DNA of 64,000 bases from Bugula neritina (taxonomy: Eukaryota; Animalia; Bryozoa), in assembly GCA_964035545.1 (NCBI GenBank), contig OZ037770.1:14064642-14128641 (forward strand). Direction: 5' to 3'. The notes beneath the pieces were generated by a model, which ran no database searches, was not told the origin of the DNA, and was given only the letters and a program-made list of their open reading frames with translations. Of the stretch, positions 27,801 through 42,800 are shown piece by piece; position 1 is the first letter of the stretch; every line of letters begins with the position of its first letter. The translations under genes and the position numbers were made by a program.

Positions 27801-30800
27801 ATTATATAACTATAATTGAGTCATAGATATTTTTTAGAAATCCACCATTTATCCACTGGTTATCCTACAGACCAAGTAACCCCATTATTAGCATTTCTAA
27901 TGCTGGGCTGCTTTTCCATTGTAAGCAATGTTAGTAATTCATTAGTCTCTTTCTTTGATGTTGATTGTTCTAAACTAATTGAACAGCAGGGAGCTTTCAT
28001 ACATTGTCCACGGCCAGATACTAATTTGAATACATCATTAGTCTAGGACTAAAATGCATTATATTGTTAGTGGCCAAGAAAATGCATTTAAATTTGTGGT
28101 TAATTTGAAAGGAAAATGCTCATCTAATCTAGCTTCTAATTGTTTCGAAATTGTTTTTCAACATTCTGAAGTGTTTAGATTTGGTCCAATTAGTTACCCT
28201 GATGAAAAGTTAATGGCGAACCTGCTTTTCTGTATAAACATTTCTGATTTCCAACCCATCTTTATTTCCAAGTTTTTCCTGAATATTTTTAAAAAGTTAA
28301 AGCTTTGAAGTTTACTAGTTTTGCACATATCGAGAAGTTAAATTTTAGCAGCTAATATTTAACAAAGTTTTCCTTTTACTTTATATATCAAAGCCGAATG
28401 CTAAATAGTCTACTTCAGCCCTCTTACTAAACTATCTAATTTCCTACTTATATTGAAGAGGCCACTTCAATATCCCCTCAAGTCGTATACTTGTCCTTTT
28501 AGGCACTCAAACTATATTATTTAATTCCACTGATTCCTATAATATAACATGCGCTAACAGCTGCACGAAACTGCCAATTATGTGGAAATGTATTAAATCA
28601 TTGTAATATAATTTCAAATCTGGTTTTTCATTTTGACAAGCTGCACTCCTAGTTATGATTCAGAAAGTCGTATGCGTAATCACTTCCCAGTTTTAACTCA
28701 AACTTATCAAAACATTCAAAAAATTAAATTAGTTTCATAGCTATTGAGTGCAAGTTGATGTAATTCGCAACCCTGCTGATAAAATAATTGGTGATCGGCT
28801 TTAGAATATCTTATACTCATTGTTTTGATAGAAAATGTTCTATCAAAACTACATTTAATTCTCTTTGTCTTATTTCACCTGTCCAAGTGTTTAGTTTTTT
28901 CATAGACTCGGTAGACTATTCATTCAGATGTTCATTGCACTAGCATAGATGTTGATTTACTAGTCCTAAATAACATCTCAACAATCAACACTAAGACTAA
29001 AACAATGGGATTGGTTCTACTATCGAAAAAGCTACTTACAATGCTAGTAAAAGTGATGTTAACCAATTTATGGGTTCGCAATCAATGTTTGTAATAGACC
29101 ATACACCGTGCATTACAGCCACAACTATTAGCAATCGCCTATTGTTGTGTCTAATTGATGTCGAAAAGGGTCAGCGAGAACGAGTCTAGCGATAAGTGCT
29201 ACAAGTACTCTATCTACTAGTTTTAAATTCTTGTTCAATGATGTAATCTATTCACTCATGAGGTGAAACGATGTACTTGTTGTACAAAGCTTATATGAAC
29301 TAGCAGAATCAGTGAATAGTAGTATTGAAAGAGTCGTGGGAAACGTGCATCCCAGGCTTTGAGGCCAAGAGCTATTACGTAATGCCATTTGTAATAAGCC
29401 AGTGCTTATACCCTTATTTCTTACCTACAACAGGGCTCAATACTGAATGTAATGTAAAATTTAGTTAAATTTGCTGATTAAATATGATATACTAAAATAA
29501 AATTGGAAAAAGATTAGGCTTCATGTTGCACCACATTAATAGATCGGCAATATCCTACAGCACTTGACAGATGTTATGATATTCTTCATGCTCTTTCCTA
29601 ATTACTAAATAATAGTATAGAGTCATCTGTTACTACGGTAACGAGACAAAGCAGGAAGTAGTACTTACCTAATGACCAATCAAAACTCTCATTTCATGTC
29701 ATTGTAGTCCGGACAGATTTGTGTACCTGTGGTTACTGCATTAGCAATGAGATATGCTGAGAGTCTGTCTCAGAATTACTTTAGAGTCAAGACTGCAATG
29801 GAGCACTTGGTTATTACCTCTCTGGCTTCCACCACTCCAAACAACCATCCTTCGAGAACTGTGAGTGTCCACCATTTTGATTTCTATTTATAATCTACTG
29901 AAAACATGAACTAGTTGCTCAAACTTAGTGTTATATTGATTAAAAAGTTTCTAATAATAGTTTTTTGAAGCATTTTTCTTTATACATTGTCTTTATTGCA
30001 ACAGCAAAATGTTTGTTAGAGTTTACTGTGCTTGCCATCAAGTAGATTATTAAAACCTTAGCAAGATTGTTATAAATGCAAGTAAAGTACACATTCAGCC
30101 TGTTATAATTAAAAACTGTTCGAACTCAAAGTTGATGTTATCTTGTATGTCACTTCTCAGCACTTGGGTGCTCGTGCTATTTATGTCTAGCTCTTTGGTA
30201 TTAGAGACATTAACTAGATCAGTCAATGAATAGAATATTTCCTCTGCTGCATTAATTAGCCAAAACTCAGTAACCCAGAAAAAAAGTTTTTTGTTCTGTC
30301 GTTACAGACCATTAGGCTTCTTATCTTACCTGGTTACTAGGTGAGAGTGATTTTACCTGAATTTTGTCACTGAAGTATTGCCCAATAAGGCTCATACAAA
30401 TTTATAGTCGCCATACCTTGTGAGAACCCTTGATGGAAAGGGGTTTTTAACTCAGGCTAAGGACATATTCATATGTGGCAGGGGAACAATTATGACTGGA
30501 TGCTCTTCCTAACATCAGCAATGGCTTTTGTCTGGTTCGAACCCAAGACTTCTTGCTTACTGAATTAAGGCTTGAAGAGCAAATTAAAATGGTAAATTCA
30601 CTGCAACTGTTATGGATGTTTCACTGATATTATTTTAGGTTTTACAAGGCAACCAGTCCAGGGACAAGTGTGAGATGCTTCTGGGACATCTGAACCCCCC
30701 AGCTGTTCCATCCTGTCCACCACCGAGTCAGCTTAGCAGCAGACAGGTAAACACACCTGTTAAAAACATAGCTTCCATCTCTATTAGTTAGTATGATGGA

Positions 30801-33800
30801 TCATATGTAATATATAAGACAATTTGTACTTTTAGCAAAATTGTGTTTGGTTTTTTGTATCAGGTCCAGCAAAATTGTGTGACATTTTAATGTCAAATTT
30901 AGCTCGGCGCTCTAAATTGCAATTTTACCCAGTTTCTGTGACTCAAAGCTGTAAATTATCTGGGCAAGGGCTTGCAACACTTGATGAACAAAAACCTCAT
31001 TATCATAAACATTGCGGGCTGCTTTATGTACTATCCCGTATCTTGAGTCATGCAGGAAAGAATATTATCACAGATTCAGTGCACAGACAGCTAACATCCT
31101 GTACCATTTCTTCACTGTCCGCTTTACTTTACTCATTCAGCTTCGGGGTCTTTGCTTGTACGTAAATAAAGCTACGGGTTTTTGTAAAACGTTTTCTACG
31201 AAGGCTTTTCACTCTGATATTACAATACGATATGGTGCCGTCCCAATGAGTTTACTTTATTTTTCGTCAGTTTCTCGGACTATTTCTAGAAATATCAGAT
31301 GCTGCTAATACACTGAGTATTTCCTGTGAAATGACTCACCAGTCTACAGACACACATGTTTATAAATTATAAGTTCTTATTGCAGTTTTGTCTACTTATT
31401 GCATAGAAAATGAAAACAAGCACTGACATACAATGTCTCCTTTTCAAATGTCATTCAGTTGACAGTAGATGGCAGGTGGTTGTTTACTCTAACAACTTGC
31501 AGTTACTAACAGCTAATGTCCACTCTTGAGTAGCTAGTTAGTAGTTAATGGCTACTAACTAGCTTTTACAGCTCTTAGACTGCTGCCTCTATAATAACCA
31601 CAAGTTTAATCAGTTTATCTTTTAAATCTCAGCCATTGTGTCATCGTGTTTGATGTAATATTACATAGCTGCCAGTTGCTGGGCTGCATTTGCTGACCTT
31701 TGATTCAGACAACGTATTTCTTTACAGCTACAGATATTTATTATTTCTGAAATCTATTGCTGATGATCTAGATTTTCTAACTTTGCAGCTATTGATAAAT
31801 GAATGTAGAAATAGCTTTAATTTTTTGCGAAGAAATCAAACTATTCCATGAAACAAAGCTGGTCTAGCCTAATAAAGTATTGGCATTGAGTATTTATGTA
31901 TTTTAAAATTGTAACTTTAATTTTGGGAAAACTAATTTATCTTATCTTGGAATTACATGATGTTTATACTGTTGAAATTACTAAATTGTATATTTCATCA
32001 TCCACTGTTGAAGAAAAATCTTTTTCCTAGTAAATGACAAATATAACATTGCTTGCGAAAATATCAATAGATAAGGGAAAGCATATAATAGGCCTAGCAT
32101 GTTGGACTAAAGTTGCATTCATTAGCTGTAGCAATGACTTCTAGCATTACTATGTCAATATTTCTGTTTGCCTCAAACAAAGGAAGAAAGAAAAGTTGCT
32201 ACAAGTTTTCAAATGCACAATATGTTTTATACTGGTCATATAAATATTATTTATATACACAAATGATAAGACTGTATGGGTAGTTGCAGCAAAGTCAACA
32301 TAATTATGTTAGAACCAGTATCAAGTGGAGCCTGTGTATATGCTGGTTCCAGCACCATCTTCTACTAGCCTTTCCTTTTCATTCATGCAATCTATACCTT
32401 GTATACTTAGTCAATGGCTAGTCCTTTTGATGCTTGTTTGTTATGTGAATTATACTTGTAGAAATCTGTTATTAATAAGTCACATATGTTTGAATGTGGT
32501 GTTACAGATAAGCAAAGGGAATATGAATGTAGATGCAAGCATGAGGGGAAGCAACTCTCAATACCACAGATCACATTCTCAGTGTTCAGGCGCCGACATG
32601 CACGCCAGGTTAGTTTTAAAGAGTAAAATAATTCGTGAAAATATTTTGAGTTTACAGATGCAATCTCTATGGGTTTATAGGCTCTCAAAAACTTGTTTTA
32701 TTTCTGGGGTACACATTGAATCACTCTTACACTCACTCACACTCACTCATTCACTCTCACTTATTCACTCTTAATCACCCACTCTTAATCATTATTAGTT
32801 ACTCATCTATTTACACTCACCAACTCTTAAGTCACTCACTCACTCAATCTTAGTCACTCAATATTAGTTACTAATTCTGTGAAACACTTTCAATGAATCT
32901 TCTTTGATTCAAACTCCAATCTGATTTTTCTCCCCACTGATAGATGAGCTATTAGCACACGTGTTTTTGTTAAAGTTTTTATTCCGTGAACGTATATCCC
33001 TATAATCTTCGTGATTTGAATAGAGCAGCTCTGTTTGAGCAGCAGCTTTGAATGTATACGTGGCAGCTCTGAAATTGTGTGTAGCTGACCCACTTGTTGC
33101 CTGTTTTATCATATACTGTCACAAGTTATGGAAAATAAAAAAGTCACTTATGGACAAGATTTACATATTTTGTCATGATAACAAACTTTTTTGAAAATAT
33201 ATCTTTTCCTCCACAATCGTTAAAACATAAATGACTCGTGATCCCTGTGATTGTGACTAATATAATAATTTTGCTGATAAAGTAAAATTTTGATGTCTTT
33301 TATAACTTCTGGAAATTTCCTGGTGAAAAGGGTGACAGTATCTGGATTTATTGAAAAATTACGTAATTTAACCTTGACCTATTTAGACTACGTTAAGTTT
33401 TTTAACGTGACCTGGCTTCATAGCATATAATTTTTACCTCTCATGTTTTCAAAATTATTTTTTAATTTTAAACTAGTTTGGTTTTCTACGCTCACTACAA
33501 TGCGACTAGCTCACAGCTTTCCTGTTACTTCACATTACGCAATTCAATTCCTGGGAGACAAAATCACACCATAATACATTTTCCTAGTAAGGTCACCATC
33601 CAGGATGTCAAACTATTGTGAGTTTGTTGTCTTTGGCAGCATTTCTCAATAGCTGGGAAAGCATTGTGCCTCATGACTGACATAACATTGTGGTAATTAG
33701 TAAAACATGAAGTAAGTTGGCGCCACTAGCTGATGTAAGTGAAGCAGCGATTTCATAGTTGAATAGGTGAATACTACAGGTAGTCCTTCTTGAAACAACA

Positions 33801-36800
33801 AGATGTGTTAAAAGCTTGAACCACTGTGTTTTAATTAGTGTGTAGAAAGCAAACAGTGGAGGTACTCGGGGAGTGTTGGGTGTTTACATATCAAGTTGTA
33901 TTTTGTTGACTTTAGTTTAGTTTCAATGCAGTTGGTTATTATTTAAATCTAGATCAATGGATGTATTAGCAGGGGAATCAAAGTAAACAGAATTATTTGA
34001 AGCAGAAGTAAAATTTAGAGTAGCCAAATACAAAATTTGCTGCTACCCAATGTGCAGCTTTGCTCTGAAATTTAGCTTTTTCCCTTGCTTTCAGTGAAGA
34101 AGTTTTGGAAATTTAGCCATGAAAACAAGCTTATGTTATGTGGCAGCGATGCGAAGCATGTGATCAGATATCTATTCCAGTTCCTCATGTAATTATCGCT
34201 TCTCCAGTTGTTGTATTACATTTTTAATTTTAAATAAGAATATTGCATGTCTATTGCAATACAACATTATTATATGCACCAGTGTAATCTATAACAATAC
34301 TATATATTCATGCTGAATGATGGGTTATTCTAATTTGCAGACCCAGTGAAACCAGCTTTTGAATTTTTGATTTTCAGAACCAAAGTATTAGATATAATGC
34401 CAGTTTGAATTATTTTTTGACAGTTTCTTACAGGTCACTTTGCACCCTATAAAACAATTTGTATTTAATAAATAACGAGAGATGAGTAGTTAATTAGTTG
34501 TGCCTAATGCAATGACACTTTTATTGCTTGAAGAAAATTGGTAAATGTAAACAAATAGTAGTTTTCTGGAGAAAGGGCTCCTGGGAAATATCAACATAAA
34601 TAGTTTGAAAATTATTACATCTTTTTTCTCAAAGAATCCTGACACACTTCATTCATGCAGTATATCTTAGCCATCATCTACACGCTACGGACTTTTTGAG
34701 CATCATACAATGTTGAGCTATAATAAATTTTGTGCCCATGCGGATGTCCTTGGTTTTATATAACTGATGCTAAATGTTGCTGACTTTTATTGCATGCTAT
34801 TTTTAGCTGTTGCAACACACAGCTTAATCACTGAGCTGGTTTAAGACTTTGTAGTTTTGAAGCTTTGAAGAGTAAATCAGATTTTGTTCTTAGAAAAGAT
34901 TATAAAATGAATAACATCCAGGCATTTTCTAGCCTCCTTGGACAGGGCAGTTTAATATACCGGGAGATAAAGCTAGCTGTTGTGGCTCCAAGGGTTCAGT
35001 TCTCAACTTTACAAGATAATCATTAATTTGTTATGACAAAAGGTGTATCATTTGTGGTCTCTTTAGACTTGAGTCTAATTAACCACACACTGGGGGTATC
35101 GTAGACATTGTCTCGAATTGTATTCGTTTGTAATGGCATAGAACATGGCGTAGACTGCTAGACGTAACATGGAAAACTGTAAACTGATAGCAAAGGCAGC
35201 ATTGAAGAACTTTTACATGGTTTTGCTGCCAGTATTAGTAAATGGATTTTGTCAGTCTTTGAAACATAGTCCCAGCTTTTTCAGTGCATACTGATAATTT
35301 ATTGAAATATACATTTTGTTACATGACTAGCACTATTTCCTATCACTTGAATTCAAATTCAGTGATATTCTACCGTCTGTATTTAAAGAGGAAGCCATAT
35401 TGATGGGAGTTTTATATGCAAAAAGTTACCTAGATGTGATGAATTGCTTTATAATTAGTCAGTTTGACAGCAACCTGTATTTTATTCAATTTGTACTCTC
35501 AGCCATGTCTACTTTGCACTCTGTATTCCTGGAATAACTTATTCCGTACATCTCAAAGCTGCTAATTCAAGTGAAGGGGTCACATAATTTATTGGAGTAT
35601 AAAAGGGTTACACTTTAGTTTAGGTGCTTCCAGAACAATTTACTCACACAATGTGTTTTTTCCTAAAAGTGAGTTCAATTATTACACAAAGTGGCAGATG
35701 TTTACAAAATTGTTCAGTTAGCCTAGTTTAACTAAATTTAACCAAGTATATAGATGCGCTTTTATAGCTTTGATGACAACTTTGATTGTGATATTATTTT
35801 GAAAAGTGAAAAACAACCTTCAACTAAAGAATTTTGCTGGTAAGACCTATGAGCGATGTGAAAGCAAAATTGCTGCTTTGTAAACACGCCAGCATATTTG
35901 TAATGCATGTCTTCACTGTTTGAAATCTAACAGTTAAAAGTGTTGCTGGTAATATATAGAATAATATACTTTCAACTGAAAAACAACAGTTCATTCTAAT
36001 GAAAGTTGTAGCAACCAGTAGAACATTTGAAAATTTGCTTCCTATTTTATGATCCGTACATTCTAGTTGCTTTCAATTTTCCTGTAGAAATAAATTCTAA
36101 ACTAGATTTTAAGATTTCTAATATCTCCCTAGTTTAGTGCATTAATCTAATGCAAGCTGGTGATGATTTAACCATTTAAAAGGGAAGTCCTTTGTATTAA
36201 CAAAAGAAATATGTTTTATGACTTTGAATGACTTCGTGATATTGGATCGTGTTACACAATAATTGGTAGCATCTGTATTGAATAGGTGCAACTACGCTAA
36301 TAATACATCCATTAGCAAAACCTGACCTTTGAAATATTATATCACCACACAAGCTGCTCACTAGCTAACTTGGCTATTGAAAGACACGCGATGAATCATC
36401 GCAATAGACAATACCCGATTTATGATGGTTGCTAAGAGATACAAGACTATATTGAAATGAATTTCTTTTCTATTTGCATGCAGATGACTTTGTTACGTAA
36501 TAATTTTACACCCTGGAACTGTTTAGTATTCCAGAACTGTGAGATCGCAGCCAGAATTTGCATTTCTTGTTGCAAGTTGTGGCCAAAGTGCAACCACTTC
36601 AAAAAAATAAGTAAAACCAACAAATATATTGAGGAAAAATGCTAAAATTGTGGGTAAACTACTAAAAAGGGTTTCTGTTTGTGAAATGAAGTTGTAATGA
36701 TTAGGGGGTTCAGAAATTCAAGTGAAATTTCATAAATTTTCATTAAAATTTCAAGAAATTTAAGGGAAAATTACTGAATAATTCTACTTGAGTATTTCGT

Positions 36801-39800
36801 CTCAGTTTAGCACTTAGATTGTCAATGCTAATCTTTCAGCTTTTGCAGTTAATAAGTCAATTAGCTGCCATTGTATTTGACATTTACCAATTCATGCAGT
36901 ATAATGAAGTCTAAGGTATATCAACATAACACCATTGTTCAACTGCTTGATACTGATCAATTATTGGTAAAAAAAAGAGTAAAAAGGCTGTCAGGAAGCA
37001 GTGACTAATTATAACCTGTTTGCTAGATCAGCTGCCCTTTGTATTCTTCTCACATGCCTCCTAGCTGTAGCTGACTAATCAATATGTTGCTGACAGCAGT
37101 ACTTCTGCCTGGCAGCAGTGGTGTACTGGCAGCACCAGGACATTGAAATAAAATAGTGTTTCAGCTCCTTTAAATGTCTCCAATTTGTTGGTTCAAAAAC
37201 GCATTTATTTTAAAAAAATCGAAGGAAACTTTTTAGTATATAACTTTGGGAGTTGTTTTATCAAGCAACTACTGAGAATATTAAGCCTAGGGCCACACGT
37301 GCGTATTTTCGCATGCGAAAATTGAAACCACAAGTAGCAAAGGCGTCAACTGTAGCGTCAGTGTCACGTGATAAATAACGCTTTCATTTTTGAATTGCAC
37401 TCGCTTTCAATAAAACGCAATTTACTGGAATTTAGCACTAAAATAAAGAAATTGGGCTCGCTGAATAACTACCAGCCAATTAGATGACGAGGACAGAGAC
37501 GATTCGCACTTGCGTTGAAAATGCAGAGCGACAAGTGCGAATGTTTTCTCAACTCGCACAGTGGACACCTTTGCTACTTGTGATTTCAATTTTCGCATCT
37601 GAAAATACGCACAGTGTGGCCCTAGGCTTAGGCAGACAATGTACCATCTACATTTTAATTTTCATTTCTCTGTATTAATTGCTGTAATTATATACTTATA
37701 TTCTTGATTTAAGTTTTGTTTATTATTTAGTTTAGTTTTGATTTTTCATGACCTTTTCAGGCATTTCGAACAAACTGGAAAGATGCCGATGGGGGCTGCC
37801 TCAGTGGATGCAGGTGTTGGCAGGTGTCATCTGGAACACACATGTGGCAGGGCCAAGTCATTTCAAGACCCGTCGCAAGCTTTCCACAGTAAGAATCCTT
37901 TATACTGGGTGGACAATTCCCAAATTAGATTTAATATTTATCAACTATATAGCAGTAGTGTGTGGCATAAATATCAGTTAGGGAGGGAGTTTAATTTGTT
38001 TTTTATGCAGCAAAATTAAATGATATTATGTCATGTTTCCTGTTACTGCAAAATATAGGAATTCATGGTACAAGCAATGTTACCACTTGTTACCTACGTA
38101 TCACAGTGTTTATGTTTTGGAAAATTTCATCTTCACATGTCTATTGTTACTCACTAACTGTGCTTCATACACACAGCCTGGCAAACTATGGAATACAACT
38201 CATTGATTATCCTTATTACTTGTTAAATTACATCTAATTACATATAATATGTCAAAGCTATTAACTGTTGCCAATGTGTAATATCTTATTTCATATTTGC
38301 TGAGTTTAATGAAATTGTCTACCTGGTAATAAGCTTGTATTGATTAGGGTTCGTACACAGCAAAGTAACTATGTGTGGGCTACAGCGGTGTCAAGTTTCA
38401 AATTTATTAAGGAGGCTGAATGTTGCAGATTTAATCACGAATTTGCTGGGATATTTAAACCTCAGCTTATTATTTCAAATGTCAGTCGATTATTCACAGG
38501 GTGGAATATTTGACTTAAAATTTTAATAAAAATTGACAAACAGAAAATAGAGACTTGTTGACTATAATTAGAAACTGATGATGTAAGAATCTTAGCATTT
38601 TATTTTTGTAATTAGAATGGGAAGACAACTTTGAAACATAATGTCTGCCACTATTGAAAGCATTCGTCCTCTTTGGTTTATTTGGTTCAGTCGCTTTTCT
38701 ATACAACCATTTGACTAAAAACTACTGAATATTAATTTGATTTCAAACTTTTATAAATGTTTTTTTTTTCTATTTTTAAAGTTCAAATTGCAAAGTTAAT
38801 TCATATAAATATGATTAGTGAAGGCAGAATTTCTTTTAAATTCCAAAAACAATTGTTACCATGAAAATACAAATACAGCAGTCATTATATCAGAAATAAG
38901 TGTGACAAAAACAGAAAATAATGTTATACTCGCTTGTAGTATCAGTTTTATCTCCTAATAAAAACTGCATTAAAACTTTTGCAACAGTAACTGTTAGTTA
39001 TTTTCAACCAAATTTAACAGTACAATATAAATTGACATCGAAGTATCACTCTAAGAGTCGTCTTGCCATGTCAGCTAACTGTCTATTGTATAGAATAATA
39101 CCGGCTGATAGAAAGCTTTAGAAAATTAGTTTTATAGACCAAGTTTGGATTGATTATAGTATTAGTTTCTGTGTAGGTTCTAAACGCCTCTTCAGAGACC
39201 AAATGGCCCAGTTTTGATGACTGGAGGTTTACCTAGATTATTCTAAATGGCTGCAAAACTGTTTTTAAGAAATATTTCTTTGCTTGAATGTGCTGCATGG
39301 GTTTTCTCTGAGAAGTAAATGCAAACCTGTTGCAACTTTCAGATTGCCAAGTGCCTGGCTATGATACATACAGAGCTCCTCAAATGGTGGTGGCCAGGGA
39401 GTGTAAAGAGGCAGCGTGTAAAGAAGCTGCCGTGTTTGAGCAGAAACGGCTAGAGACACTGATGCAGGTGAAGACAGGTAAACTGAGTGTAGAAGACGCC
39501 ATGAGCCGAATCAGAAGTTACGAAAAACAAAAAGAAGCCATCTGTTTGAAGAAATCTAAGGTGAGCCGGTTTGAATTTTGAATCAAACTCCAAAAATCTT
39601 GTATTTTACAGCTAATTGAAATTTAAGCTTACAGTAAATAAAAACTTCTTTCTTTAATTTTTTTGTTCAATTGACTTTTTATTAAAAGTATGCAATATTA
39701 TTGTAGTTATTTTCAACTTTCATTGTACTTAGTGTAAATTAAATTGGTTGAACTGTAAGTTTGTATGATGTAAGCTATGCTATTTTTTATTTTATGTATC

Positions 39801-42800
39801 GAAATGATTTCCTTTTTTTTTGTAGAAAAAGTCTGCCACGAGTAAGATTGGTGAATTTTTCAAATTTCCTTCATTTCGTAAAAAGCCGAAAGCAGAGAAA
39901 GTTTCGACATCTGGTAAATCGTCTCGTTCTGCGTCCTGCAGTGGAATGGTGTACGACCAAGGAGCTTTAGGTAACCATGGCAACATGTTTACCCTCTGCA
40001 TAGTTGCTGCTTATAGCTGTTGTATTATTTACAAGTGACTTACAATAGAGTAGGTCCATCTAGTTATGGAGATTAAAACAGAAGATTTCTCGAACATGAC
40101 AGTAGTTTGATTTCATTGTTAAATTTTTTAGTAGTTTCTATATGTTTTTATTAATTATTTTAAAGTTTTTTAATTTCTCTGACTATAAAAAAGATTCGTT
40201 GAGTTATAAAATATGTAAAATAATATTTTATTTCATGGTGATGAGTTCCAAAATCTCAAGTAAAATTCATTTGTGGACCTCTCATATTTATTTTGGGGGC
40301 TATCCTATTAATTTAAAGTAACTCTCACAGTAGAAATGTTTGCTTTATTTCAGGCTCTAGTTTTTCGACAACCCACTTAGCCACTGAGTTCAAGGACAAA
40401 TGTACCTGTAGAATCCAGCCTTCTCTGCCACAATCTCGGTCTATGACTCTCACGCCTATGAACTGTGGGTGTGAAGAATGTCAGAGAATACGGGGAGGAG
40501 CATTCAGTATCCCCCCTCCTCCAAGTCCTATGTTAGGACATCGGTCTTCTGGCGGAGGTGTTAGGGGGAGTGCTAGGTACCCCTCTAACTCTAACAGACG
40601 AGTTCCTGTTGGGTTAGTAGGCTATGCTTTATCTCTTTTGGGAAACCTCTCTACTCAAAAAATGCAATCTTTCTTTTAAACTTAGATGGCTTGGAAATAA
40701 TTAACAAGAAATCAATAATTATTACAAATATACAATTGAAGGCTACAAAACTATAATATTTTATAATAAATGCAATACAGTATAAAATATAATATAATAT
40801 AATAAATTTCTTGAATTCACAACTGCTGGTATGTTTAAAGCCAGGAAGAAATGTCATTACCTATAATGCTTTCAGTTTAATCTTATTTTATTGAAATTGT
40901 TTTGTAAAAAGTATTCATAATACATATAATATCCAAACTTGTAGAGCCGACATTGTAAGAGGCCCAGCTACGTGCAGACAATGCAATACGCCCCTTAATC
41001 AGCCCCAGAAAGTCCTTCCAAAGTTTTACTCTCCTCAAGTGACGAGAAAAACTTACCAACCATTGACCTCCCCGACACCTCATCACTATATCAAACCTTG
41101 TAAGTGGCTGAATAATTTGATCTCTAAATCACTTCATATAACTGATCAGTAGCATTCATTTAATCTCTTTTGTATAGAGTCTATTACAAGGCTTTAATCT
41201 TTCTGAAATGCAGTACAAAACTGCTGGATGTATATTTAATTACTTAGGGAGCAGCCGTGGTCTAGAGAATATAGCGCTGGCTTAGTAAGCACGAAGTTAT
41301 GGGTTCGATCCCCAGTAAAGGCCATTGGTAATGTTAGGAAGGGCATCCAGTCATAATTGCTCCTGTGCCACATATTAATAAGTCATTAGTCTGATTTAAC
41401 AAAAAACCTTTTCTATCAGGGTTTCTCAGAGAGATAGTGACTATAAACTTGCGTCAGTTTTTAAATTCAAATAGTTGTGCAACTATGGAATATGAGTAAG
41501 CTCTCATCCTGACTTCAAATTTGCTGCTGATGCACCTCTTTCACTTCCTGTTGAATCTATTTTTAGTTTCAGAGAAGTTTGATGCCTGGTACCAGCACAA
41601 TCTGCCGTCTGATGACGAAACGAGACACTTGATCGACCAATCAGATGACAGCAGCATGAACCTCAGTTTCGATGTCTTCGGTCCGATACCCAAGAACAGT
41701 CATCATTCCATAGCCTCACCCCCACCTCCGCTTCAGCCGACAGTTATACAGAGCGCCCCAAAACCTAGCACCACTCTGGTTAGCGCACAGAATACCTCAA
41801 ATGCTACGAGTGACCTTGGCAACAGTTACCATAGTGACAGCCTCTCTTCCGATGATACCAAAAAGGCAGCCAAGTCACATCAGTTACTAAAACACGTAAG
41901 TTTTTAAAAACTAATTGAGATTTGAAACTGACTGCATTTGAGTTTAAATTATTGGTACCTTTCAAAGATTGTTGCTCGTTGCTGAAACAAGAATGTAGAT
42001 ACTAATGCTGTGATTTTAACTATATCAGTTCGGCCTTCAAATAATTTGAAGCTTTTACGTTATTTCATGATTTTTACAAATTCGTTTTTTTCTTATGTTC
42101 TATTTATTCTAATAGTAATTCCATCATCAACAATATGCACACATATATTTATATAGCCCGTTGACTATTGTCCATGAAATTCTGTAGCAAGGTGAGCCTA
42201 GCGCCTCCCCCACAACTGTGAGAGGTAGACGAGATTCTGGCTGTTACCTTAGCAACGAGAACATAAACAACAACTCCTCAAACTCATCTACCTGCGAGAA
42301 GAAGCCTGAGAGCTCTGATAACCCAACAGCTAGTGTCAAGGCCAAAGTTACCTCCCCTGAGCAAACCATTGGTGGGGCAACTCCGTCTACAGCTACAGGG
42401 TTTTTACCTGTCAATTCAGAGCAAGCAAGAGTTCTGGAAGTAGTGAAGAGGCAGATGTTCACCGAGAAGATTGATCTAACTGTTCAGCCCTACACCAACC
42501 AGGTAGAGGCATAGCAAACTGATTTAGTCTTTGAAATCTTTGTCTATAGTGTTCAGTTTACCCAGTAGTCCATGTGGTGTAGTGGTTAGACCGCCTACTT
42601 GCAAGTCAGAAGTCCCGGGTTCGAACCCATGTGGGGACAGAAGTTTTATAGTTGCTTTTCCTACTAGTCGTTGGTTCCTTGTTTAACAAGGGAAACTTGA
42701 ATAGATCTGGTTTTTCTTTCAGTGTTGGTGAATAATATTGAATGTTACTTTTCAAGTTTTGAAATTTAGCCTTAGGGTTTTATACAGTGTATTGTTGTTA

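Noticed and set aside
30875-31308. Two overlapping ~97-aa ORFs in the SAM-locus intron
   Set aside because: No recognisable motifs or compatible splice sites; likely chance or a decayed repeat.
42568-42639. Functional tRNA-Ala gene
   Set aside because: Several stem mismatches; kept only as a pseudogene or SINE head.
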